In this document: positions 19,126-26,628 of the stretch, piece after piece
Layout: every line of letters begins with the position of its first letter
Position numbering within the stretch: the first letter of the stretch is position 1
NCBI GenBank assembly: GCA_963749705.1
Contig: CAVVNQ010000003.1
Span: forward strand, 96,001 to 160,000
DNA: 64,000 bases
From: an uncultured Chloroflexia bacterium
GTDB taxonomy: Bacteria; Chloroflexota; Limnocylindria; Limnocylindrales; CSP1-4
Direction: 5' to 3'
Made by a program: the position numbers and the translations under genes
Notes under the pieces: generated by a model
What the model was told of the DNA's origin: nothing
The model's database searches: none
Seen by the model: the letters and a program-made list of their open reading frames with translations, nothing else

Positions 19126-19923
19126 GTGGACGAGCACGGGAGACCCGCCTACCGGGAGCCGCCGCGCCCCATCAGCCCGGGCACCGATCGGGGGCGGATC
19201 CAGCTCCTGATCGCGTTCGTCCTCGGGGCGCTCGTGATCCTGGTGATCCACCCCTGGGGCGCCGGCGGACCCGCCGCCGCGCCCCCGGCCACCGGGTCGT
19301 TCGCCCGTTCGACAGCCGCCCCGGCGACGCCGCGGGCGACGCCCGCCGCGGCATCGGCCGCAACCGGACCGGTGGACGTCTCCCATCTCAGCCTGCCATG
19401 CGGATCGACGGACAGCTGGCGCGCCACCACCATGCAGGTGTGGCCGGACCGGGCGATCCCGATCCGATCCTGGATCGCCATCGAGCCGGTGGAGGCGGCC
19501 GGCCCGCTCGACCCGGCCATCCCGTTCGCCCCGGTCGCAGCGGACCAGGTCACGGCGATCGGCTTCTGCGCACCCCTCGATGAGGCGCTCCGGCCGCCGG
19601 TGACCATCCGCCCCTCCCTGTGGAGCCTGGCCGACGGTCGCGTCACGTCGCTCACCCTCGTCCCCGCCGATCCGTCCGACCATGACACCCTGCGCGGGCT
19701 GTGGCTGCCGCCCTCGAGCCTCCGCGATCCGGCGGCCGGCGTCGCGGCGGACGCGTGGCCGCCCGGCAGGTACGTGATCGAGCTCGCGTCGCCCAGCGAT
19801 AGCTACGTCCGGTGGCTCGGGATCGAGGTTCTCGACCTGGGGCACCAGCGCTCGTCCTCGTCGACGCCGTCACCCGCCCCGGAGGCGACCGCAGCACCGT
19901 CGCAGACCCCGGCTCCGTCGTAG
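19126..19923 (+). CDS. Hypothetical single-TM extracytoplasmic protein
   Basis: N-terminal TM, Ala/Pro/Thr linker, globular region with two Cys and WPPGRYVI. Confidence 0.65.
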   Translation: MDEHGRPAYREPPRPISPGTDRGRIQLLIAFVLGALVILVIHPWGAGGPAAAPPATGSFARSTAAPATPRATPAAASAATGPVDVSHLSLPCGSTDSWRATTMQVWPDRAIPIRSWIAIEPVEAAGPLDPAIPFAPVAADQVTAIGFCAPLDEALRPPVTIRPSLWSLADGRVTSLTLVPADPSDHDTLRGLWLPPSSLRDPAAGVAADAWPPGRYVIELASPSDSYVRWLGIEVLDLGHQRSSSSTPSPAPEATAAPSQTPAPS

Positions 19924-19953
19924 CACCGGCTCCGTCGTAGCACCGGCGCCGTC
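19909..19953. repeat. 17-bp tandem repeat spanning a stop codon
   Basis: ccggctccgtcgtagca x2 plus partial third copy. Confidence 0.8.
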
Positions 19954-19993
19954 CGCGGGGCCGTTCGCGCCGCCCGCGGCGCGCGGTCCGCGT

Positions 19994-20422
19994 CTAGCGG
20001 TGCGGCGGCTCGAGCGAGATGTTGTAGGCGGCTCGCCCGAGCATGATCGTCCCGAGCAGCGTGATCCAGTAGCCGTACGCCCGGTCCGGCAGCAGGCCCT
20101 CGGGTGCCACCAGGGCGTCCGAGCCCGGGATGAACAGGATCAGCCCCACGAGGCCCAGGATCGCGAGCAGCCCGAACGCCAGCCCGCGGTCGACCGCGAG
20201 CGGACGCTCGCCGGCGGCATAGGGAAGCGCGACCAGGGCCATCGTCGCCAGCGCCGCCAGGAAGGTCAGGATCCCCGCCCCGTCGAACGCCGTCATCCGG
20301 ATGGCGGTCAGCTGCCCCGCCTCACCGCCCAGCGTGTACCACGGGAGCACCGATCCGATCACGACGACGATGGCGCCGAGCAGTGCGAGTCGGCGGCCTG
20401 CGCCGAGCGGTCGTCGATGCAT
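19994..20422 (-). CDS. Hypothetical 4-TM membrane protein
   Basis: Four hydrophobic segments, GSVLPWY motif; start overlaps hpt stop. Confidence 0.75.
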   Translation of the reverse strand: MHRRPLGAGRRLALLGAIVVVIGSVLPWYTLGGEAGQLTAIRMTAFDGAGILTFLAALATMALVALPYAAGERPLAVDRGLAFGLLAILGLVGLILFIPGSDALVAPEGLLPDRAYGYWITLLGTIMLGRAAYNISLEPPHR

Positions 20423-20988
20423 CAGTCGGCCGGCGTGTAGACCTCGGGGCGCAGCACGCCCACGAAGCGCAGGTTGCGGTATCGCTCGGCGTAGTCGAGC
20501 CCGTAGCCGACCACGAACTGGTCCGGGATCTCGAAGCCGACGTAGTCGACCGGGATATCGACGAGCCGTCGGGCCGGCTTGTCGAGCAGGGTGCAGATCC
20601 GGAGCGACGCCGGGTTCTTGCCGCGCAGGTAGCGGACCAGGTAGTTGAGCGTCAGGCCGGTGTCGATGATGTCCTCGACGAGCAGCACGTCCTCGTCGGC
20701 GATGCTTGCCGACAGGTCCTTGATGATCCGCACCAGGCCGGACGACTCGGTGGCGATGCCGCCGTAGGAGCTGACCTCCATCAGGTCGATCCGAAGGGGT
20801 AGTGGGATCTGGCGCATCAGGTCGGCCATGAACGGCAGCGAACCCTTGAGCACGCTCACCAGGGTGAGGTTCCGTCCCGCGTAGTCGGCGGCGATGGCGC
20901 GGCCGAGCTCGGCCACCTTGGCGGCGATCTGCTCCTCGGTCAGGAGCACGTCCCCGATGTCGTTCTGGAGATCAGCGAGACGGGTCAT
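20422..20988 (-). CDS. hpt: Hypoxanthine phosphoribosyltransferase
   Basis: VLKGS, VSSY, VLLVEDIIDTGLTL, FVVGYGLDYAERYRNL. Confidence 0.97.
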   Translation of the reverse strand: MTRLADLQNDIGDVLLTEEQIAAKVAELGRAIAADYAGRNLTLVSVLKGSLPFMADLMRQIPLPLRIDLMEVSSYGGIATESSGLVRIIKDLSASIADEDVLLVEDIIDTGLTLNYLVRYLRGKNPASLRICTLLDKPARRLVDIPVDYVGFEIPDQFVVGYGLDYAERYRNLRFVGVLRPEVYTPAD

Positions 20989-21078
20989 CGATTCCTCGGC
21001 TCGGCCTCGGTATGGGTGTCGATGGGTGGGGGTCGATCATGGCGCGTCCGGCGGGCCGGCGCACGCCCGGGCGGCGGG

Positions 21079-21819
21079 TCAGGTGGCGTCGATCGCCGGC
21101 TCGGCAGCCGACGCGACGTGCGCACGGGCCGGATCTGACGTTCGCCGGCGTCGCCGGCCGCGACGCCGGCCGCGCTGTTCGGCGAGCGGCACCGGATGCG
21201 GCAGGACAGGTGCCAGGGTGGCAGCGCCGCCGGGGTCCACCGGAGCGCTCCCGGACGGCCGCGCGGCCACGACGGTGGGTGCCTCGGCCCGCACGGACGC
21301 GCCGTGGTCCCGGACGGTTGCCTCCGCGCGCTCCGCCGCGGATCGCGGCGGTGTCGCCTGACCCGTGGTGCCGGTGAGCTCGTCGACGAGGGCCATCCGG
21401 CCGAACTTGAGCAGCAGCATCCGGAAGTCCCGCGCGTAGAACAGCTTGATCCGGACGTCCGGGTAGAGCTCCCGGAGGCGGCGGAGCTTGCAATTCTTCT
21501 TGCGCACGAGCTTCTGCTTGAGCGTGGTGAGCTCCACGTACAGGTCCAGGTCCGGCAGGTAGAAGTCGGGTGCGAAGCTCTCGACGACCTCGCCGTCGAG
21601 GTTCCAGCCGATCGGGAACGTGTCGGGCTCGTACCGCCAGGCAACGTCGTAGAAGTCGAGGATCCGCGCCAGCTCCGCCTCGCTTGCGTGGGCGAACCGG
21701 TGCGAGGACGGCCCGGCGGACGTCGCCGGCATCTCGGTCGCCGACAGCTCTTGCGCCGGCGCGGCGCCGTCGACCCTGCGGCCGCGCGTCCGGCGCGGCA
21801 CGGGTCCCGACCCCGTCAT
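21079..21819 (-). CDS. PD-(D/E)xK-like (T7 endonuclease I-like) domain protein
   Basis: FAHASEAELARILDFY..WRYEP..F...FAPDFYLPDLDLYVELTT; ATG overlaps upstream stop. Confidence 0.7.
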   Translation of the reverse strand: MTGSGPVPRRTRGRRVDGAAPAQELSATEMPATSAGPSSHRFAHASEAELARILDFYDVAWRYEPDTFPIGWNLDGEVVESFAPDFYLPDLDLYVELTTLKQKLVRKKNCKLRRLRELYPDVRIKLFYARDFRMLLLKFGRMALVDELTGTTGQATPPRSAAERAEATVRDHGASVRAEAPTVVAARPSGSAPVDPGGAATLAPVLPHPVPLAEQRGRRRGRRRRRTSDPARAHVASAAEPAIDAT

Positions 21820-22190
21820 CGGGGTGTCCCGGGGCCCGCGGCTCCGTCGGGCCCCTGCAGCAACGTGCGCAGGTCGCCGTCCCACGTCGCGAGGAAGCCG
21901 CGCATCGAGGCCACATCGGCCGCGCCGATCGGGGCTCTCCCGGCCAGCCGCGCTTCGGCGCGCGGATCGAGCTCCGGATGCGCGGCGGTGTCGAGGAACG
22001 GAGGGGAGGATCCATGATCCGGGCCCAGCAGCACGCTCAGCGTCTGGCTGCCGCACGCGGGACAGGTGAGCTCGACGAACGCGAGGTCCCCGCGATCGGC
22101 GAGGACGGCGATCCGGTCCGAAGGGATGGCCGCACCACACGAGGTGCAGCCGGCCCCGGTGAGGCGCGTCCGGAGTCCGCGATGGTCCAT
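21816..22190 (-). CDS. Small zinc-ribbon protein
   Basis: CTSC...CPAC; C-terminal PIGAADVASMRGFLATWDGDL. Confidence 0.7.
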   Translation of the reverse strand: MDHRGLRTRLTGAGCTSCGAAIPSDRIAVLADRGDLAFVELTCPACGSQTLSVLLGPDHGSSPPFLDTAAHPELDPRAEARLAGRAPIGAADVASMRGFLATWDGDLRTLLQGPDGAAGPGTPR

Positions 22191-22250
22191 CGATCGTGAA
22201 GTCTACCGTTGGCGGCGATCGCGGGCACTGGCGCGGTTCGTTCGGGATCG

Positions 22251-22271
22251 GATACTCCCATGGGGTATCAT
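22251..22271 (+). promoter_or_regulatory. CsoR-type operator palindrome overlapping csoR -10 element
   Basis: GATACTCCCATGGGGTATC palindrome (TAC..C-tract/G-tract..GTA); TATCAT at 22266-22271. Confidence 0.75.
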
Positions 22272-22277
22272 CCTGCC

Positions 22278-22643
22278 ATGCCCCAGCCAACCCCGGAGCC
22301 TGTACCCAGCCAGGGCGCCGGTCACGACACGTTCCGCCACAGCTACAGCAAGGACAAGGCCCAGCTGGTCCGGCGCCTCAGCCGGCTCGAGGGTCAGGTT
22401 CGCGGGATCGCGAGGATGATCGAGCGCGAGGAGTACTGCGTCGACATCCTCCAGCAGACCGCCGCGCTGCGAGCGGCGGTCGATGCCGTCTCGATCCTCA
22501 TCCTCGAGGACCACGTCCAGGGCTGCGTCCGAACGGCCGCTGAGCACGGCGACGCGGACCGGTACGTCGATGAGGTCATCGACGTCGTCCGGCGCACGCT
22601 GGGGCGACCGGTGCGAGCGGGCGGTCGCACCGTCCAGCCCTGA
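22278..22643 (+). CDS. csoR: CsoR/RcnR-family metal-sensing repressor
   Basis: RLSRLEGQVRGIARMIE; C(EEYC)...H-x3-C (DHVQGC) Cu(I) ligand set. Confidence 0.88.
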   Translation: MPQPTPEPVPSQGAGHDTFRHSYSKDKAQLVRRLSRLEGQVRGIARMIEREEYCVDILQQTAALRAAVDAVSILILEDHVQGCVRTAAEHGDADRYVDEVIDVVRRTLGRPVRAGGRTVQP

Positions 22644-22721
22644 CCGGCGGGGTTCGTTCGGGCCGAAACAGCGGGCCAACCCGCCTGCCGCCGCACGACC
22701 GACGGTGGACGAGCGACCGGG

Positions 22722-22730
22722 TTATCCACA
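22722..22730 (+). promoter_or_regulatory. Consensus DnaA box
   Basis: TTATCCACA exact match in an intergenic region of very GC-rich DNA. Confidence 0.55.
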
Positions 22731-22767
22731 ACTCGCGCGCGGCCCCGGCGTTTCGTTGATAAGGGGG

Positions 22768-22796
22768 TTGACGGTGCCCGGGTGCCGTCCTAACGT
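22768..22796 (+). promoter_or_regulatory. Sigma70 promoter upstream of rsmG
   Basis: TTGACG-17 nt-TAACGT. Confidence 0.7.
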
Positions 22797-22974
22797 CCGG
22801 ACTCCGCACGCAGCGTGCGCGCACCGGGGAGCGCGATCCATGAGGGGCCACGGGGAGACTCGGGCCTGAGCCGAGGGGGTTGCGCCAGACCGGGCACAGC
22901 GCGCGTGCCGCGGCGATCGAACGACGCCGGGAGCGGCTTCCGGATGGCCTGGTGCACAAGCACAGGAGAGTGCC

Positions 22975-23748
22975 CTGGTCCATCCGAGAGAACCGCTCCC
23001 GACGCGCGTTCAGGACCTTCCCCCGCTGCCGTCCGGGTACCACGACGTCCTCGACGATGGGCTCCGCGCACTCGGCGTCGTGCTCGACGACCCGGCACGC
23101 GACGCGATCGACAGCCATGTCCGCCTGCTGCTCGCGTGGACCACCGCGATGAACCTGACGGCGATCCGCGAGCCGGCCGAGGTCGCCAGGCTCCACGTGC
23201 TCGACAGCCTGGCGGCCGTACCCCACCTGCGCCGGTTCGGTGTTCGACGGCTCCTCGATCTTGGCAGCGGCGGCGGGTACCCGGGGCTGCCGGTCGCGGT
23301 CACCCTCGACGCGGACCGTGCACTGCTCGTCGATGCGGTCGGCAAGAAGGTCCGGTTCCTGCGGACCGTGATCGAGGCCACCCGGCTGGGCACGCGGTTC
23401 GCCGCGGAAGCGGCGCGCGCCGAGACACTGGCCCACGACCCGCGTGACCGCGAGGCGTGGCCGCTGGTCACGGCCCGTGCCGTCTCGTCGCTCGCGGAGC
23501 TGGTCGAGCTGGCCCTGCCCCTGGTCGCGCCGGGGGGCCGGCTGGTGGCATGGAAGCGGCTGCCGCTGGACGACGAGCTGCGGGCCGCGGCGCCCGCCCT
23601 TGCTGCGCTGCGCGCCGGTCCGGTCGAGGTGGTCGACGCGGGCGTCCCGGGCCTCGCGACACACCGGCTCGTGATCGTGCCGCGGTCCGGACCGATCGAC
23701 GCCCGCTTTCCCCGGGACCCCGCCGTACGGCGGCGTGCGTCGCTGTGA
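22975..23748 (+). CDS. rsmG: 16S rRNA m7G527 methyltransferase
   Basis: WTTAMNLTAI, HVLDSL, DLGSGGGYPGL, KKVRFL, RAE, TARAV; start inferred at CTG 22975 (first standard start is GTG 23080). Confidence 0.9.
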   Translation: MVHPREPLPTRVQDLPPLPSGYHDVLDDGLRALGVVLDDPARDAIDSHVRLLLAWTTAMNLTAIREPAEVARLHVLDSLAAVPHLRRFGVRRLLDLGSGGGYPGLPVAVTLDADRALLVDAVGKKVRFLRTVIEATRLGTRFAAEAARAETLAHDPRDREAWPLVTARAVSSLAELVELALPLVAPGGRLVAWKRLPLDDELRAAAPALAALRAGPVEVVDAGVPGLATHRLVIVPRSGPIDARFPRDPAVRRRASL

Positions 23749-23799
23749 CCGGCGCATTGCACGCATTCGGGGCTCGCGCCCTGCGCTACCCTGCCGTGG

Positions 23800-24522
23800 A
23801 TGCGTGTCGCCGTGCTCTCGGACATCCACGCGAATGTCACGGCTCTCGATGCCGTCCTCGCCGCCGTCCCATCCGTCGATGAGCTGTGGCACCTCGGCGA
23901 CGTGGTCGGCTACGGGCCCCACCCCGACGCGGTCGTCACCCGGATGCGCGAGGCCGGTGCGGTCGGGGTGCGGGGCAACCACGACGCGGCCGCGGTCGGC
24001 GGGCTCGAGATCGAGGCATTCAACGTCGACGCGCGGACCGCGATGGAGTGGACGCGCTCGGTGATCGGGGAGGAGACGCGGGCCTGGTTGCGGGCGCTGC
24101 CGGAGCGCCTCGAGCGGGCGGATTTCACGATGGTCCACGGCAGCCCGCGCGATCCGACCTGGGAGTACGTGACATCGACCCCGGTGGCGCGGGCGGGCAT
24201 GACCTCGATGGCGACGCAGTTCGGGCTGCACGGCCACACGCATATCCCGATCGCGTATGTCGAGCAGGACGGCCGGCTCGTGACCATGAGCCCCGGCAAT
24301 GGCTCGACGCTCACCTTCGATGGTCGTCGCGTGCTGCTCAACCCGGGCAGCGTCGGCCAGCCGCGCGACGGCATCCCGGCGTCCTCGTGGCTGCTGCTGG
24401 ACACCGACGCCGGGACCGCGACGTGGCGGCGGACCGCGTACGACGTCGCCACGGTGCAGGCCGCGATGGTGGCCGTCGACCTTCCGGACCGCCTGGTCAC
24501 CCGGCTGGCACATGGCCTGTAG
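23800..24522 (+). CDS. Calcineurin-like metallophosphoesterase
   Basis: SDIHAN, LGDVVGYG, GNHD, HGSP, GHTH, NPGSVGQPRDG. Confidence 0.93.
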   Translation: MRVAVLSDIHANVTALDAVLAAVPSVDELWHLGDVVGYGPHPDAVVTRMREAGAVGVRGNHDAAAVGGLEIEAFNVDARTAMEWTRSVIGEETRAWLRALPERLERADFTMVHGSPRDPTWEYVTSTPVARAGMTSMATQFGLHGHTHIPIAYVEQDGRLVTMSPGNGSTLTFDGRRVLLNPGSVGQPRDGIPASSWLLLDTDAGTATWRRTAYDVATVQAAMVAVDLPDRLVTRLAHGL

Positions 24523-24534
24523 CGAGGCGCCCCG

Positions 24535-26592
24535 ATGATCGGCGGACGGCGGCCGCTCAAGGGCCGGAAGCCGGGTGACAAGCGGATCCGCGTCGAGCGC
24601 CACCACGCTCCGTACTTCCGGTACACAGGCCCCGGCCAGCTGACGGCCAAGGCTGCCGCGAGCGCGCCGACGACGGCCATGGGCCGGCTGCTGGCACGGA
24701 TCAAGGGCACGTTCATCGGCCGACCGCTCGCAAACGAGGAGGAGATCGGGGAGCGGCTGTCCAAGAAGAAGGCGCTCGCGATCTTCAGCTCGGACGCGAT
24801 CTCGTCGTCCGCCTACGCGACCGAGGAGATCGTCCTCGCATTCGTGCTCGCCGGCGTCGGCGGCGCCGCGTTCAGGCTGTCGATCGAGATCAGCATCGCG
24901 ATCGCGGTGCTGCTGGGGATCGTCGCCTTCAGCTATCGCCAGGTGTGCATCGCCTACCCGAACGGCGGCGGCTCGTACTCCGTGTCCAAGGCCAACATCG
25001 GGCGGATCGCGTCGCTCGTCGCCGCGTCGGCGCTGCTGATCGACTACACGCTGACCGTCGCGGTGTCCACCTCGTCCGCGGTCGAGCAGATCGCGTCGGC
25101 CGTCCCGGAGCTCGATCCGGTGCGCGTCGAGATCGGCATCCTCGCGATCGGGCTGATCACGCTCGGCAACCTGCGCGGCATCCGCGAGGCGGGCAACATC
25201 TTCGCGATCCCGACCTACCTGTTCCTGGGCAGCGCGTTCCTGATGATCGCCATGGGCGTGTTCCGGATCGTCGTCCAGGGGGACTCCGGTCCGCCGCCCA
25301 CGGCGGAGGTGATCGCAGCCACCAAGCAGACCGCCGAGAGCGTGGGGATCCTGATCCTGCTGCGCGCGTTCGCATCCGGCGCCGTGGCGCTGACCGGAAC
25401 CGAGGCCATCGCGACCGGCGTGCCCGCGTTCCAGCCGCCCGAATCGCGCAACGCGGCCCGGACCCTGATGACGATGGCGGTCATCCTGGGAATCCTGTTC
25501 GTCGGGATCACGTTCCTGGCGACGAACTTCCACATCCTGCCGATCGAGGAGCCCAGGGAGACGGTCGTCGCCCAGATCGCAAAACACGTCTACGGCGACA
25601 CGATCGGCTTCTACCTGTTCCAGGCGTTCACCGCGCTGCTCCTGTTCCTGGCCGCCAACACCTCGTTCGCGGCGTTCCCCCGGCTGGCGGCGGTGCTCGC
25701 CGAGGACGGGTTCATCCCGCGCCAGTTCGCGTTCCGCGGCGACCGGCTCGCGTTCTCGACCGGGATCCTGCTGCTGGGCGTGGTCGCCGCGCTGGTGGTC
25801 ACCGCCGGCGGCGGCTCGACCCATGCCCTGATCCCGCTGTACGCGGTGGGCGTGTTCATCGACTTCACGATCTCGCAGACGGGCATGGTCCGGCACTGGA
25901 TCACGAACAAGCCCCAGGGGTGGCGCTACCGCCTCGTGATCAACGCGGCGGGCGGGGTCCTGACCGGGATCATCGCGATCGTCGTGACATCGATCAAGTT
26001 CACGGCCGGCGCCTACCTGGTCGTGCTCCTGATCCCGACCCTGGTCATGCTGATGCTGTTCGTCCGCCGCCAGTACGACGGCCAGTCGAAGGAGCTCAAC
26101 GTCCGCGACGACCTCGTGTTCGACCGGCCGCGCCGCGATCAGCGGGTGGTGATCCCGGTCAACGGGATCAATCGCTCGGTCGTCCAGGCCGTGATCTTCG
26201 GCCGGTCGCTGGCGACCGATCCATCGATGCTCCAGGCCGTGTACGTCACGACCGACGCCCAGGAGGCGGAGCTCCTTCGCGAGCGCTGGGAGCGCCAGCT
26301 GCCGGGCGTGCCGCTGGTGATCGTGGAATCGCCGTATCGGGCGCTGGTCGGGCCGGTGGTCACCTATCTAGAGGTGCTCGACCGGGCGTGGCCACCCGAC
26401 CGCGAGACGCCGACCACGATCGTGGTGCTCCCCGAGTACGTGGCGCGCCACCTGTGGGACCGCATCCTGTACAACCAGACCGCCAAGCGCCTCAAGGCCG
26501 CCCTCGTGGGGCGGGAGCACACGGTGATCGCGGACGTGCCGTATCGTCGCTCCGCACACCACGACGATCAGCCTCCTCGCGCCGACGGCTGA
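24535..26592 (+). CDS. APC-family permease, KimA/YdaO-like K+ transporter (paralog 1)
   Basis: FSSDAISSSAYATEE, YPNGGGSY, LIDYTLTVAVS, ALTGTEAI, ANTSF..FPRL, LIPLYAVGVF, ESPYR. Confidence 0.9.
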   Translation: MIGGRRPLKGRKPGDKRIRVERHHAPYFRYTGPGQLTAKAAASAPTTAMGRLLARIKGTFIGRPLANEEEIGERLSKKKALAIFSSDAISSSAYATEEIVLAFVLAGVGGAAFRLSIEISIAIAVLLGIVAFSYRQVCIAYPNGGGSYSVSKANIGRIASLVAASALLIDYTLTVAVSTSSAVEQIASAVPELDPVRVEIGILAIGLITLGNLRGIREAGNIFAIPTYLFLGSAFLMIAMGVFRIVVQGDSGPPPTAEVIAATKQTAESVGILILLRAFASGAVALTGTEAIATGVPAFQPPESRNAARTLMTMAVILGILFVGITFLATNFHILPIEEPRETVVAQIAKHVYGDTIGFYLFQAFTALLLFLAANTSFAAFPRLAAVLAEDGFIPRQFAFRGDRLAFSTGILLLGVVAALVVTAGGGSTHALIPLYAVGVFIDFTISQTGMVRHWITNKPQGWRYRLVINAAGGVLTGIIAIVVTSIKFTAGAYLVVLLIPTLVMLMLFVRRQYDGQSKELNVRDDLVFDRPRRDQRVVIPVNGINRSVVQAVIFGRSLATDPSMLQAVYVTTDAQEAELLRERWERQLPGVPLVIVESPYRALVGPVVTYLEVLDRAWPPDRETPTTIVVLPEYVARHLWDRILYNQTAKRLKAALVGREHTVIADVPYRRSAHHDDQPPRADG

Positions 26593-26628
26593 CTCGCCAG
26601 CTCGCACGAGGTCGTCCCGGACAAGCCC

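Noticed and set aside
22700-22800. Replication origin (DnaA box near rsmG)
   Set aside because: Only one perfect box, no AT-rich unwinding element, and no dnaA/dnaN/parAB nearby
24500-24535. c-di-AMP (ydaO) riboswitch before kimA-like genes
   Set aside because: Only 12 bp of intergenic space, and no motif recognised upstream of the phosphoesterase either
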